DNA from: a virus
DNA: 64,000 nucleotides
Direction: 5' to 3' (one strand)
Virus record (IMG/VR): IMGVR_UViG_3300036820_000005
Coordinates: 47,057 to 111,056 of that record
Shown here piece after piece: positions 52,523 through 61,608 of the stretch (the first letter of the stretch is position 1; the number at the start of each line of letters is the position of its first letter). Below the pieces are notes generated by a model, which saw only the letters and a list, made by a program, of their open reading frames with translations, searched no databases and was not told where the DNA came from. The position numbers were made by a program, and so were the translations under genes.

Positions 52523-55500
52523 CCTGCTGATCTCCGGCCAGATCGAGCTGCTCGGCGGCGGCGCCCAGTCCAACCTGCCGCAGTGCACTGGGGCGAAGTT
52601 CCGGCTCACCCCCGGCTGGGACCTGTCCGCGCCGCAGCCGATCACAGACGCGGTCATCTCCCTTCTGCTCGATGGCAGTCGACCGGTGGGGGACCGGTCG
52701 GACAACCGCGTCATCAGCCTGCCTGTGGTGATCATGGCGGCGGACCGGGACATCCTGGCCGCCGCGGTGGAGGTGCTGCTCCAGACCATCGACCAGGGCC
52801 AGTGGTCGCTCACCTGGACCCGCGACGGCGGCCTCCCCGTGGTCTTCGACTGCTTCCGCGCGACGCCCACAGTCGTGCAGTACAACCTGCTGCAGCAGCA
52901 GTCCGACATGCCCGCCCAGGCGCTGAAGATCAGTTTCCCCGCGTTGCCGTACATCCACGCCGACACGCCTGTGCCGCTGACGTTCGACAGCCCGTTCAGC
53001 GGGACGCTCGCGCCGCCCAGTTCCGTCGAGCTCGACAACTACGCCACGGTCGACGTGGCGGGCTGGTCGCAGTCGACGCAGCATGTGCTCGACTCGTATT
53101 CCGCGTACTGGTCCAACGGTGAGGGCGGGTTCCCGACCTATACGAGGACGTTCCCGGCCGCTGATATCAGCCAGCTGTCCGCGATCACCTGGTGGCTCGG
53201 CCTGGGAACTGGGTGGCAGGACTACTGGGGGTGGAACCGCGGCCAGGTCACGTTCAGCGTCACCCTGACCGACGGCAACGGGTCGTCGGTGACGTTCGGA
53301 ACGACGATGTTCGCGGCCGCGTCGAACAACCCGGCAGCGCCGAACTGGACGCAGATCACGGTCCCGCTGCCCTACTCCGACACGTTCGACTTCTCAGCCG
53401 TGGTCGGCTACCAGTGGTCCTGCTGGACGGCGTCCTACTGGGACCAGGGCCAGCAGATGCAGGCGTCGGTCTACCTGAACGCGTTCACCGCCGCGCCGGC
53501 GTCGGCCAGCACGCCCGCCTCCACGCGGGGCTGGATGGCCAAGCTGTACGGCATTGAGGGCAGCGCGCACGCCCCGATCGCGGTCCAGTTCCAGTTGCTC
53601 GAGCAAGGCCAGACCGTCGAGACGTTCGACACGCCCGGCCCGTTCTCCATCACGCCCCCGGACGACGTGGTCCAGGCCCGCGTGCAGCTGCTGGCCGGCG
53701 GCGGGACCGGCGCGACCATGACCGCGGCGGGGGAAGGCGGCGCAGGGTCGGGTGCCGGGTACGGCGAGGAGCCCGCCTATCCGATCGTCGGCGGGGCCAC
53801 GTACAACGGCGTGATCGGCGGGCCGAACGAAAACACGACGTTCGACGCGGGCGGTGAGGCCGGGGGAGTGCTGGCCACCGCCGGCACCCCCGCGACGGAG
53901 AACAGCTCCGCGGGCGCGGTCGCGGCAGACACCAGCACGAACAGCATCCACTACCCGGGCGGCGACGGCGCGGCCGGCACCTCGACGAGCGCCGAGACAC
54001 CTGACCTGCTCCAGCAGAAGCCGGGCAGTTTCACCGGCGACTCGGGCACGATCACGCTCAGCGCGGAGACCACTGCAGGGTCCTGCCTCGTCGTCGTGGT
54101 CACGACCTGCGGGTCGGACGCCAACCCGTCCGTCGAATCGGTCCTCATCGGCGGTGACGTCGAGAACTTCGCCCAGGTCCTCGCGGCCGACGAGAACCCG
54201 ACCCCGCCGTACATCTTCGCGTGGCTCGACCCGGACCACGCCGGCGGGCAGACCGAGATCACCGTCACCCTGACCGGCGGTGAGGGGACGATCGGCGCGA
54301 CCGTCGAAGTGTTCGAGTGGGCCGACCTCGAACTCGCCGACCCGCTGGACCAGTCGGACAGCGGCAACGGCGAAGGCGGCACCTTCACGTCCGGCACGAC
54401 AGGCGAGACCGGCCAGCTGCATGAGGTGATCCTCGGCGCCGCCGCGACGCTGGGGGAGTTCTTCGAGCCGCCGAGCCTGACCGGGCCCAGTAGCGGGTGG
54501 ACCAACCAGTCGATGCAGACCCTCAGCCTCAGCGGCCTGGAAGCCGGGTCGATCACCGGGTACAAGGTGGTCAGCACCGAGCAGACCGCCGCCTACGCCG
54601 GCACGGTCGGCAGCGAAGGCAGGTGGAACGCCGCGGTCCTGACCCTGAAAGGCGGCGGTGGTACTGCGGCGGGCGGCGGCGGCAGCTCGGCTGGGGTGTC
54701 GTCGGTCGGTAACCCCGGCGACGGCCCAGCGGGCGGCGCGGCGCCGACAGGCGGGGCTGCGGGCGGCGAGGGCGCGGTCGAGGCCGGGCCCGGGTCTGCT
54801 GGCGCTTCGCCTGGCGGCGGTGGCGGCGGCGCCCTGTCCGGCGGGTCGACGGAGGACGGCGGGGAGGGCGGGAACGGGCAGGCGGTCATCACGTACCAGG
54901 GGACCACGCTGGCGCCGTTCAGCACGCTGATCGCCCACATCCCCGGCCCGGACGCCCCCGCCTCGCTGATCCCGTTCGTGTCGGTGGGGAACGGCGGCGA
55001 CGTCCCGAACGGCGGAACCGAGTACCTGATCGCCTCCGCAGCCCCCGGGGTGGCCGCCCGGTTCGGCGGCACCTACAGCGTCCTGCTCGTCGCCGAGACG
55101 ATCAACGACCCGTCGGCCAGCCGGACCCTCACCGTCACGATCCTCGAGCACGAGTACGAGGGCGGCACCGTTACCCAGACGCCGGTCGGCCGGACGCTGG
55201 TCCCGGACACGGCCGGCGCCAGCGACCTGACCTCGGGCCTGAACGGGATCCTGTGCCTCGGCCAGGTCACCCTCCCGACCCGCGACATCGCCCCGGACAA
55301 CACCCTGTCGTACTTCGGCGTGACCGTGACCAGCACCGACACCAGCGACCGGTTCCTGGACGTGCTGTTCATTGACACGGCCGGCCAGCTGGCCCTGATC
55401 AACATGACCGGCAGCCAGGAGTACGACACGTACTACCTGGACGTGCCGGACCAGACGACCCAGCTGGGCCGGGTCCTCGGCTCCCAGGGGGACCGCAACC

Positions 55501-55652
55501 AGGCCGCGTCCGTCATCGCCTGCGCGATCGTCAGCGGAGGCCCGTTGTACGTGAACCCTGGCGACAACACGATGCTGGTCTACTCGCTGCAGGGTGCCCC
55601 GTCCATGGTGGCGACGTACCGGCCCGCGTTCCGCATCGACCGGCCGAGCTGA
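52512..55652 (+). CDS. Large minor tail protein (Dit-like ends with inserted carbohydrate-binding/Gly-rich domains)
   Basis: After the TMP; NR-x-I-x-LP-x-x-I N-terminus; GGG/PGGGGGG segments; V-x-PGDN...YRP C-terminus. Confidence 0.75.
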   Translation: MADSLLISGQIELLGGGAQSNLPQCTGAKFRLTPGWDLSAPQPITDAVISLLLDGSRPVGDRSDNRVISLPVVIMAADRDILAAAVEVLLQTIDQGQWSLTWTRDGGLPVVFDCFRATPTVVQYNLLQQQSDMPAQALKISFPALPYIHADTPVPLTFDSPFSGTLAPPSSVELDNYATVDVAGWSQSTQHVLDSYSAYWSNGEGGFPTYTRTFPAADISQLSAITWWLGLGTGWQDYWGWNRGQVTFSVTLTDGNGSSVTFGTTMFAAASNNPAAPNWTQITVPLPYSDTFDFSAVVGYQWSCWTASYWDQGQQMQASVYLNAFTAAPASASTPASTRGWMAKLYGIEGSAHAPIAVQFQLLEQGQTVETFDTPGPFSITPPDDVVQARVQLLAGGGTGATMTAAGEGGAGSGAGYGEEPAYPIVGGATYNGVIGGPNENTTFDAGGEAGGVLATAGTPATENSSAGAVAADTSTNSIHYPGGDGAAGTSTSAETPDLLQQKPGSFTGDSGTITLSAETTAGSCLVVVVTTCGSDANPSVESVLIGGDVENFAQVLAADENPTPPYIFAWLDPDHAGGQTEITVTLTGGEGTIGATVEVFEWADLELADPLDQSDSGNGEGGTFTSGTTGETGQLHEVILGAAATLGEFFEPPSLTGPSSGWTNQSMQTLSLSGLEAGSITGYKVVSTEQTAAYAGTVGSEGRWNAAVLTLKGGGGTAAGGGGSSAGVSSVGNPGDGPAGGAAPTGGAAGGEGAVEAGPGSAGASPGGGGGGALSGGSTEDGGEGGNGQAVITYQGTTLAPFSTLIAHIPGPDAPASLIPFVSVGNGGDVPNGGTEYLIASAAPGVAARFGGTYSVLLVAETINDPSASRTLTVTILEHEYEGGTVTQTPVGRTLVPDTAGASDLTSGLNGILCLGQVTLPTRDIAPDNTLSYFGVTVTSTDTSDRFLDVLFIDTAGQLALINMTGSQEYDTYYLDVPDQTTQLGRVLGSQGDRNQAASVIACAIVSGGPLYVNPGDNTMLVYSLQGAPSMVATYRPAFRIDRPS

Positions 55653-55663
55653 GGGAGGGCGCC

Positions 55664-56131
55664 GTGAACAGGCTGCGGGACTGGGCGGGCACCATCGTCG
55701 CCCTCGCCACCGCCGGAGTCGAGCACTGGCTCGGGGAGACAGCCGCGCTGGCCGCACTGGCCGCCATCGTGGCGGTATTCGGCGGCATCCTCTGGCGGCG
55801 GGTCAGCATGCTGATGGCCACAGGCGGGTCACGCAGCTGCGCCAAGGCCTACGCCGTCGACCAGCGGCTGGCCGACTACATCGACATCATGGCGCCGGTC
55901 TCCCCGATCGTGGTAGCCAACCAGTCGTCCACCGTGAACGCCCAGTTCCTCGCAGGCCTCGGCCAGATGGGCGGGATCTCCGGCTACCCGATCGACACGC
56001 TCGACGAGACCACGCCCGGCGGCGCCAACGCGGCCTGGTACAGCAACGTCGCCTCCCAGCTCAACGCCATCATCACCTTCGTAGACACGATGTACGGCGA
56101 GGGGCAGAACAAAGGCCTGTACCCGGAATGA
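55664..56131 (+). CDS. Minor tail/hypothetical protein
   Basis: GGAGG RBS; in the tail cluster; true start may be later. Confidence 0.55.
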   Translation: MNRLRDWAGTIVALATAGVEHWLGETAALAALAAIVAVFGGILWRRVSMLMATGGSRSCAKAYAVDQRLADYIDIMAPVSPIVVANQSSTVNAQFLAGLGQMGGISGYPIDTLDETTPGGANAAWYSNVASQLNAIITFVDTMYGEGQNKGLYPE

Positions 56132-56134
56132 CCG

Positions 56135-57235
56135 ATGCAACGGCCTGACGCAACCCAGCTGGTCACGCTGAAACCTGACCTGTCCGACCCGCGGTGGCTC
56201 GGCGCGATCGGCGCCGTCGGCGGCCTCACCTACTCCGACATCATGCCCGGCGGGAACGACACCCTCTCCTGCACGCTGCAGATGGAGCCCGGCCGGGAAG
56301 ACGCCGCCATAGCCCCCGGCCGGGTACTCCGCGGGTACCGGGGCGCGACCTGGACGTGGGAAGGGATCCTGACCACCCCCGCGCCGGACGCGCAGGGCTG
56401 GAGGCTCACCGCCCAGGGCGCCGGCCACTACGGCGAAAACTACGTCGCAGTCGACCCCGGGGGATTCGCCAACGCCGACCCGGCCGTCTCCGGCGCGATC
56501 GGCCGCGGGATGCGGTGGCTCGACCCGGGCATCTCCAACACGGGCATGTTCTTGTCCCAGCCGCCCGAGAACGCCAGCCAGATGGTGTCCGACTGGCTCA
56601 ACCAGATCACCTCCGCAGGCGCCTACACCTGGCATGTGGGGCCGTGGAACGAGCTGGAAGTGCTCCCGATCCCGTCCGCCGTCACCCGCCTCCTCGTGAC
56701 CTCCAGCCCCGCCGCCAGGACCCTGCACGGGTACATCAACACGCTCTGGACGCTCTACCAGGTCACTGCCGACAGTTCATCAGGCGCCAGCCAGTACGGC
56801 ACCGCCGAATCCGTCAACCAGGCAAGCGTGAACGTGCATGGCCGGATGGAAGCCCCCTGGGACCTGTCGTCCGCCGGGGTGATCCTCGGCGCCCAGGCCA
56901 CCACCGCCGGCCTGGACGTCCTGTCCAGGTACATCGCCGCCAGCTTCGCGAGCCCGTTCGCGGTTTCGTACGGCGAGTACTTGACGACCGGCGGCACCCC
57001 TGTTGACCTGGGGTGTGAGCGGGCCGGGGAAGTGGTCCGGCTGCTGCTGGCCGACCGCGGCTACGGCGGCCAGGTCACCCCCGGCGTGTCCGTGACCTTC
57101 CCGGTCGGCCGGATCGAATACGACGACGACTCGATGACCGCCCAGGTCACGCCGTTCCAGAACATCCGCACCGACATGGCCTCCATGCTCAGCGCGCTGG
57201 CCAGCCTCATCCAGCCGCCCACCACGCCGTCGTAG
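56135..57235 (+). CDS. Minor tail (hub/Tal-like) protein
   Basis: PGG-x-x-x-LS...WEG-x-L; position. Confidence 0.7.
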   Translation: MQRPDATQLVTLKPDLSDPRWLGAIGAVGGLTYSDIMPGGNDTLSCTLQMEPGREDAAIAPGRVLRGYRGATWTWEGILTTPAPDAQGWRLTAQGAGHYGENYVAVDPGGFANADPAVSGAIGRGMRWLDPGISNTGMFLSQPPENASQMVSDWLNQITSAGAYTWHVGPWNELEVLPIPSAVTRLLVTSSPAARTLHGYINTLWTLYQVTADSSSGASQYGTAESVNQASVNVHGRMEAPWDLSSAGVILGAQATTAGLDVLSRYIAASFASPFAVSYGEYLTTGGTPVDLGCERAGEVVRLLLADRGYGGQVTPGVSVTFPVGRIEYDDDSMTAQVTPFQNIRTDMASMLSALASLIQPPTTPS

Positions 57236-57238
57236 CGG

Positions 57239-57260
57239 CTGCCAGGCCCGGGGCAAGCAT
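57239..57260 (+). promoter_or_regulatory. Late promoter variant CTGCCAG-N9-AAGCAT
   Basis: Heads the lysis region. Confidence 0.5.
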
Positions 57261-57304
57261 GGGCGGCGTGATCACGCTGCTGCCAGAGCCCGGGAGGGGG
57301 CCGA

Positions 57305-57556
57305 GTGCCCGGTGACAGCTACGCCACGAGACGGGAGATCGACCAGCTGCGCGCCGAGGTCCGCAGGCTCCAGGAGCAGCTCAGCCAGGTCGAGGGCAGC
57401 AGCAAGGTCACTGCCCAGCACCTCCAGGCGCACGAGGAAGCACAGCGGGAGCGGACCGAGGCCCGCCGCTGGGCGATCGGCATCGCCTTCGCCGCCCTCG
57501 GCGCCCTCAGCGGCGTGTACCTCATGCTGATCGACCTGCTGAGCCACGCCCACTAG
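57305..57556 (+). CDS. Coiled-coil + TM protein (lysis accessory/holin-like)
   Basis: GGAGG RBS; RRWAIG followed by a TM helix. Confidence 0.7.
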   Translation: MPGDSYATRREIDQLRAEVRRLQEQLSQVEGSSKVTAQHLQAHEEAQRERTEARRWAIGIAFAALGALSGVYLMLIDLLSHAH

Positions 57557-57571
57557 AAGGAGTGAGGACGT

Positions 57572-58069
57572 ATGGCCCCTCCGCGCGGCGACGTCAAAGT
57601 AGCGGTCATCTCGCTGGCCACCTCGGCGGCCGTCTCCCTCCTGGTCGCTCTGCTCGCGCTGCCCGCAGCCCAGAAACTGGTGCCCGCCAGCCCCCCGGCC
57701 GCGGCGGGCCCGTCGCCACCCGCTGCCCCATCGCCCACCGCGGCCGCGAGCCCGAGCCCGAGCGAGGCACGGCCGGGCCGGACGAGCCCGGCGACGGTGA
57801 TCCTCGCGTTCGCACCGCAGCCGGGGACCACGACGGCCACGCCTCCGGCGGCCCGGCCGGCACCGCCGTCCCCCGCCCCCAGCCAGCCGACCGCGACCCG
57901 GACAGCCGCCCGGCCTTCCCCCTCGACGCTGCCGCCGGTCGCGCCTTCACCGCAGCCGGACACGTCGCCGACCCGTCCGCCGTGCACGATCACGGTGGAC
58001 CTGAGGCTCGTCCGGGTCTGCGTGTCGTCGCCGGCGCTGCCACCGGCCAACTCAGCATGGCCCGGATGA
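57572..58069 (+). CDS. Membrane-anchored Pro/Ser/Thr-rich protein
   Basis: N-terminal TM; low-complexity stalk; C-terminal Cys pair. Confidence 0.6.
   Translation: MAPPRGDVKVAVISLATSAAVSLLVALLALPAAQKLVPASPPAAAGPSPPAAPSPTAAASPSPSEARPGRTSPATVILAFAPQPGTTTATPPAARPAPPSPAPSQPTATRTAARPSPSTLPPVAPSPQPDTSPTRPPCTITVDLRLVRVCVSSPALPPANSAWPG
58037..58065 (+). promoter_or_regulatory. Late promoter CTGCCAC-N9-CAGCAT, leaderless endolysin
   Basis: ATG 58066 is 7 nt after the hexamer. Confidence 0.7.
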
Positions 58070-59022
58070 GCGTTTTCTACCCTGACATGTCCAGCGCCCA
58101 GGCGGGCATGAGCCTGGCCGGCGCGGCTGCGGTCTGCGCGAAGGTCACCCAGGGCGCCGGGTACGTCAACCCGGCCTACCCGCAGTTCAAGGCGCAGGCG
58201 GCCGCGGAGCGGGCGCTGTTCTTCGCCTACCACTTCCTGACCGCCGGTGACCTGGAAGCCCAGGCCGCATGGTGTCACCGGTACGCGGCCGACGTGCCGG
58301 TGATGGTCGACTGCGAACCCGCCTACAACCCTGACGGGTCGGTGGCTTCGGCTCCGCAGCTCGCGGACCTGACCGGGTTCGTTGACGCCTACCGGCAGCT
58401 CGGCGGCACCTGCTGGCTGGCGTACCTGCCGCGCTGGTACTGGGCTGCCCCGCCCCGCGAGGGCGGCTTCGGCTCCCCGAGCCTCGCCCCGCTCGCCGAC
58501 CGCGGGTTGCGGCTGGTCAGCTCCGACTACCTCGGATATTCCGACAGCGGGGCCGGCTGGCAGCCGTACGGCGGAATCGCTCCCCCCGCGGTCTGGCAGT
58601 TCACCGAGAACGCCGTGCTCAACGGCCGCATCGTCGACAGGAATGCGTTCAAGGGCACCCTCGCGCAGCTGCGGCAGCTCATCACCACCGGGACCACCAC
58701 CGTGCCGGAACCGGCCGGGGAGGAGGACGACATGCAGCTCGTCAGCGGTGCAGCCGCCGAGACGATCATCTCGCTCCAGCGCGGCTCTAAGAGCTGGGTC
58801 GCGTTCGCCTGCGATGCCTCCAGGACGCACAGCCCCGCGCCGGTGCTGCGGGTCGCCGTGCACTCCTTCAGCCGCGGGATGAGCCAGGTCGACGACGTCA
58901 CCATGCCGGTCAGCGGCAAGTACACCGTCACGTTCACCGCCAAGGACGTCGATTTCCTCAGCGTGGTCCGCTCGGGCGGCAACGGGGGCGACGCCGTGGC
59001 TGTCGGCTACAACTACGGCTGA
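58066..59022 (+). CDS. Endolysin, GH25 muramidase
   Basis: D-x-S-x-x-Q, K-x-TQG-x-x-Y-x-NP, AYHF, D-x-E (DCE), WQFT. Confidence 0.9.
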   Translation: MSVFYPDMSSAQAGMSLAGAAAVCAKVTQGAGYVNPAYPQFKAQAAAERALFFAYHFLTAGDLEAQAAWCHRYAADVPVMVDCEPAYNPDGSVASAPQLADLTGFVDAYRQLGGTCWLAYLPRWYWAAPPREGGFGSPSLAPLADRGLRLVSSDYLGYSDSGAGWQPYGGIAPPAVWQFTENAVLNGRIVDRNAFKGTLAQLRQLITTGTTTVPEPAGEEDDMQLVSGAAAETIISLQRGSKSWVAFACDASRTHSPAPVLRVAVHSFSRGMSQVDDVTMPVSGKYTVTFTAKDVDFLSVVRSGGNGGDAVAVGYNYG

Positions 59023-59040
59023 GGCCGGGAAGGGACCACC

Positions 59041-59919
59041 GTGGTCACGATTTACGTCCGGGAGATCCCCGAGTTCCGCTTCGACGGCCTGCCGCTCGGC
59101 CGGCACGTCGAGCACGACGACCGGAGCCGCGAGTTCGCGTTCCAGGTGCCCGGGAAGCTCGCCGGCCAGCCGCTGCAGCCGGTCAGGCACCAGCGGTTCA
59201 TCCCGGTCCTGGACCAGGGCAACCGCGGGTCATGCACTGGCAACGCGGGTGAAGGGGCGGCCGGGACCGGCCCGGTGTTCCAGGCGATCCCGCCGACCGT
59301 CCCGGCCAGGCCCAGCACGACCGACGCGGCCGGTGACGAGAAGGAAGCGGTCGCCCTGTACTCGGCGGCGACGCAGCTGGACAGCATCCCCGGCTGCTAC
59401 CCGCCCGACGACACCGGGTCGACCGGCATCGCGGCGGCGAAGGCCATGGTGAAGGCCGGGCTGATCGCCGGATACCAGAACACGTTCACGCTGCAGGACG
59501 CCCTCGCGGCCCTGCAGTATGTCCCGCTGATGGTGGGAAGCAACTGGTACACGTCGTTCGACATGCCCGACGCGACTGGGCTGGTGACGATCGCTCCTGG
59601 CGCGACGGTCCGCGGCGGCCACGAGTACGTTGCAGACGAGCTGGACCCGGTCAACCGGATGGTCGGGTTCACGAACAGCTGGAGCCCGGCGTGGGGCCTG
59701 CAGGGCCGGTTCCGCATGAGCTGGGACGACTTCGGGACGCTGCTCGGCCAGCAAGGCGATGTCGTCGTGCCGGTGCCGCTCAGCCAGCCGAAGCCGCAGC
59801 CCGCCCACCCCATCATCCCGCAGCCCGTCCAGCAGGCCGTGCTGACGGTCGAGCAGCTGGAGCGGCAGATGTGGGAACTCGCCCAGAAGTGGGCGCACGT
59901 CCGCGGCCTGGATATCTGA
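59041..59919 (+). CDS. Papain-like (C1) cysteine peptidase
   Basis: DQG-x-x-GSCTG, GGH, NSW-x-x-x-WG-x-x-G. Confidence 0.88.
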   Translation: MVTIYVREIPEFRFDGLPLGRHVEHDDRSREFAFQVPGKLAGQPLQPVRHQRFIPVLDQGNRGSCTGNAGEGAAGTGPVFQAIPPTVPARPSTTDAAGDEKEAVALYSAATQLDSIPGCYPPDDTGSTGIAAAKAMVKAGLIAGYQNTFTLQDALAALQYVPLMVGSNWYTSFDMPDATGLVTIAPGATVRGGHEYVADELDPVNRMVGFTNSWSPAWGLQGRFRMSWDDFGTLLGQQGDVVVPVPLSQPKPQPAHPIIPQPVQQAVLTVEQLERQMWELAQKWAHVRGLDI

Positions 59920-59930
59920 GGAGACCTTGG

Positions 59931-60422
59931 ATGACTCCTGGCACGCTCGGCCCGAACCTGATCCGCACCTACGTCCCCGTCGTCGTCGGCTCGGGGATCT
60001 CCTGGCTGATCTCCCACGGCATCCAGGTCACGACCCCGACGAAAGCCGCGCTGATTGCTCTCCTGACCAGCACGCTGATCGCCGGGTACTACACGGTGCT
60101 CCGGGTCCTCGAGGAGCGGTGGCCGTCGATCGGCCTGCTTCTCGGCGCCCGGCAGCCGGGCCTGGTCCAGGCCGCCGTGGCCGAATGGCCGGAGGACGAC
60201 CGGGCGTGGCCGCCGCGCGGGACGCCCGCCGTGCCGCCGCACGACCCGCCCGCAGCTGCGGGGCCGGCCTCTGCGGCGTTCGTGCCGACCGTCCACGTGG
60301 CTCCGCCTGCCGCAACGGGGAGCCTGGCCGACCTGGTGAACCGGACGCCTGAGCAGCCGGTGAGGCGGCGCGGGCCCGCGACCGGTGCCATCCCGAGGTA
60401 CACGCCGCCGCCCGGCCGGTGA
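59931..60422 (+). CDS. Holin-like membrane protein
   Basis: IRTYVP-x-x-VG...YY-x-x-x-R-x-LE-x-RWP-x-x-G-x-LLG, typical of actinophage holins. Confidence 0.75.
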   Translation: MTPGTLGPNLIRTYVPVVVGSGISWLISHGIQVTTPTKAALIALLTSTLIAGYYTVLRVLEERWPSIGLLLGARQPGLVQAAVAEWPEDDRAWPPRGTPAVPPHDPPAAAGPASAAFVPTVHVAPPAATGSLADLVNRTPEQPVRRRGPATGAIPRYTPPPGR

Positions 60423-60465
60423 GGTAAGCTCCAAGCCGTAGCAGGCGGCTCTGTCCAGTGAGCTG

Positions 60466-60500
60466 CGATGCCCTCCCGCCTCGACCTCGGGAGGGCATCG
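60466..60500. terminator. 13-bp hairpin between convergent genes
   Basis: CGATGCCCTCCCG / CGGGAGGGCATCG. Confidence 0.75.
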
Positions 60501-60695
60501 TCATGTCTCGGGGTGGACGATCGCGGCCAGCTTCTCCTGCATCGCGCTGTAGCCCGCCATCAGCGCCCGCCACTCCATCACGAGCTCGGCGGGAACCTCA
60601 TGCCAGGCGCCGCCGGCTACGTGCGTGACGCCCGGCTGGGGCTCGTCGAGGGTGTAGCCCTCCCAGCTGTTGTGCTCGTTGATCCAGACTTGCAT
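60501..60695 (-). CDS. Small reverse-oriented protein
   Basis: GC3-biased; ends at the hairpin; divergent from P5. Confidence 0.6.
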   Translation of the reverse strand: MQVWINEHNSWEGYTLDEPQPGVTHVAGGAWHEVPAELVMEWRALMAGYSAMQEKLAAIVHPET

Positions 60696-60721
60696 GCCGC
60701 TGTTTCTACCACGCCGTCGTG

Positions 60722-60816
60722 CTGACCTGCAGAAATATTCCAGTCATTTTCGCCGCTCTCTCTTTTGGCCCGCCTGCTGGTCGAATATGATTTCTATATA
60801 GGAAAAAACACCGGCC
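60722..60816 (+). promoter_or_regulatory. AT-rich promoter module P5
   Basis: CTGACCTGCAGAAA; TATGAT at 60786. Confidence 0.75.
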
Positions 60817-60836
60817 AAACCAAGAGGGAGCCCCCC

Positions 60837-61052
60837 GTGACCGACCAGATCGCCCAGCAGGAAGCCAGCTTCACCAGGCAGCTGACCGAGATGGGTACCC
60901 GGCCCCGGATCTTCGGCCGGATGACGGTCGTCAGGGCTGCGGGCTTCAAGCTGACGGTCGGCGGCGAGACCCGGCTGTACGCGATCGCCAGTGAGACGGC
61001 TACCGCGATGGCCCTCGGCCGTCACACCGGCAACGGCACCCCGGCCCGCTAG
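60837..61052 (+). CDS. Hypothetical protein
   Basis: GAGGGAG RBS after P5. Confidence 0.6.
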   Translation: MTDQIAQQEASFTRQLTEMGTRPRIFGRMTVVRAAGFKLTVGGETRLYAIASETATAMALGRHTGNGTPAR

Positions 61053-61082
61053 CCACCCGACCAGGCGAAGGAGACGAGGAAG

Positions 61083-61334
61083 ATGGCGACGATGACCACG
61101 TTCGAGCAGGTGAACGTGAAGCTCGACAGCGACCCGTGGATGCCCCGCGAGAACCTGCACTCCCTGACCGGCCGGCGGGTCCGGTACATGGGCACCGAGT
61201 GGGCGTACCAGGGCACCGAGTGGATCGTGGTGAAGGTCGACGAATTCGCTCAGGCCCACTGCCTGAAGGAGGGCCAGCCGGTCGACGAGCTGTACCCGAC
61301 CCGGTTCCACGTGAGCATGCTCGACGTGATCTGA
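61083..61334 (+). CDS. Hypothetical protein
   Basis: GGAG/GAGGA RBS; followed by a terminator. Confidence 0.7.
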   Translation: MATMTTFEQVNVKLDSDPWMPRENLHSLTGRRVRYMGTEWAYQGTEWIVVKVDEFAQAHCLKEGQPVDELYPTRFHVSMLDVI

Positions 61335-61389
61335 CAGGTGGCCAGATTGCCGGCCCGGCAGTAAGCTCGACGCTGAGAAGATGCCCCTG

Positions 61390-61427
61390 GCGCCCCCGCT
61401 TCGCAGAGCGGGGGCGCTGCCGTTTTC
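61390..61427 (+). terminator. Intrinsic terminator
   Basis: 11-bp stem GCGCCCCCGCT/AGCGGGGGCGC followed by TTTT. Confidence 0.75.
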
Positions 61428-61428
61428 A

Positions 61429-61464
61429 GGGGCACATCGGGGGCACCGGGCACATTGGGGGCAC
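61429..61464. repeat. Tandem 18-nt repeat with four GGGCAC units (possible integrase arm sites)
   Basis: GGGGCACATCGGGGGCAC then CGGGCACATTGGGGGCAC. Confidence 0.6.
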
Positions 61465-61608
61465 TCGGGAAACTTCCCGTCAGCGCAGATCAGAGTTCTA
61501 CGTTATGTAGAAACGGGCTTGTAGAAATCTCGGCGTATGGGGCGACCAGCAAGGCAACCGACAGTTACGACTTGTACATGTATGAGCGAGCTTGTATCGT
61601 GACGCTAT

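Larger units (their letters stand above)
1..61530 (+). mobile_element. Prophage (siphovirus-like, actinomycete host); left end outside window
   Basis: TerL, portal, protease/scaffold, capsid, tail tube, TAC, tape measure, GH25 endolysin and holin-like genes in phage order. Host-type genes begin after ~61.9 kb. Right boundary approximate. Confidence 0.95.

Noticed and set aside
61486-61513. dif-like site (TTATGTAGAAA resembles a XerD arm)
   Set aside because: The XerC-side arm does not match; better explained by the TTCTAC boxes
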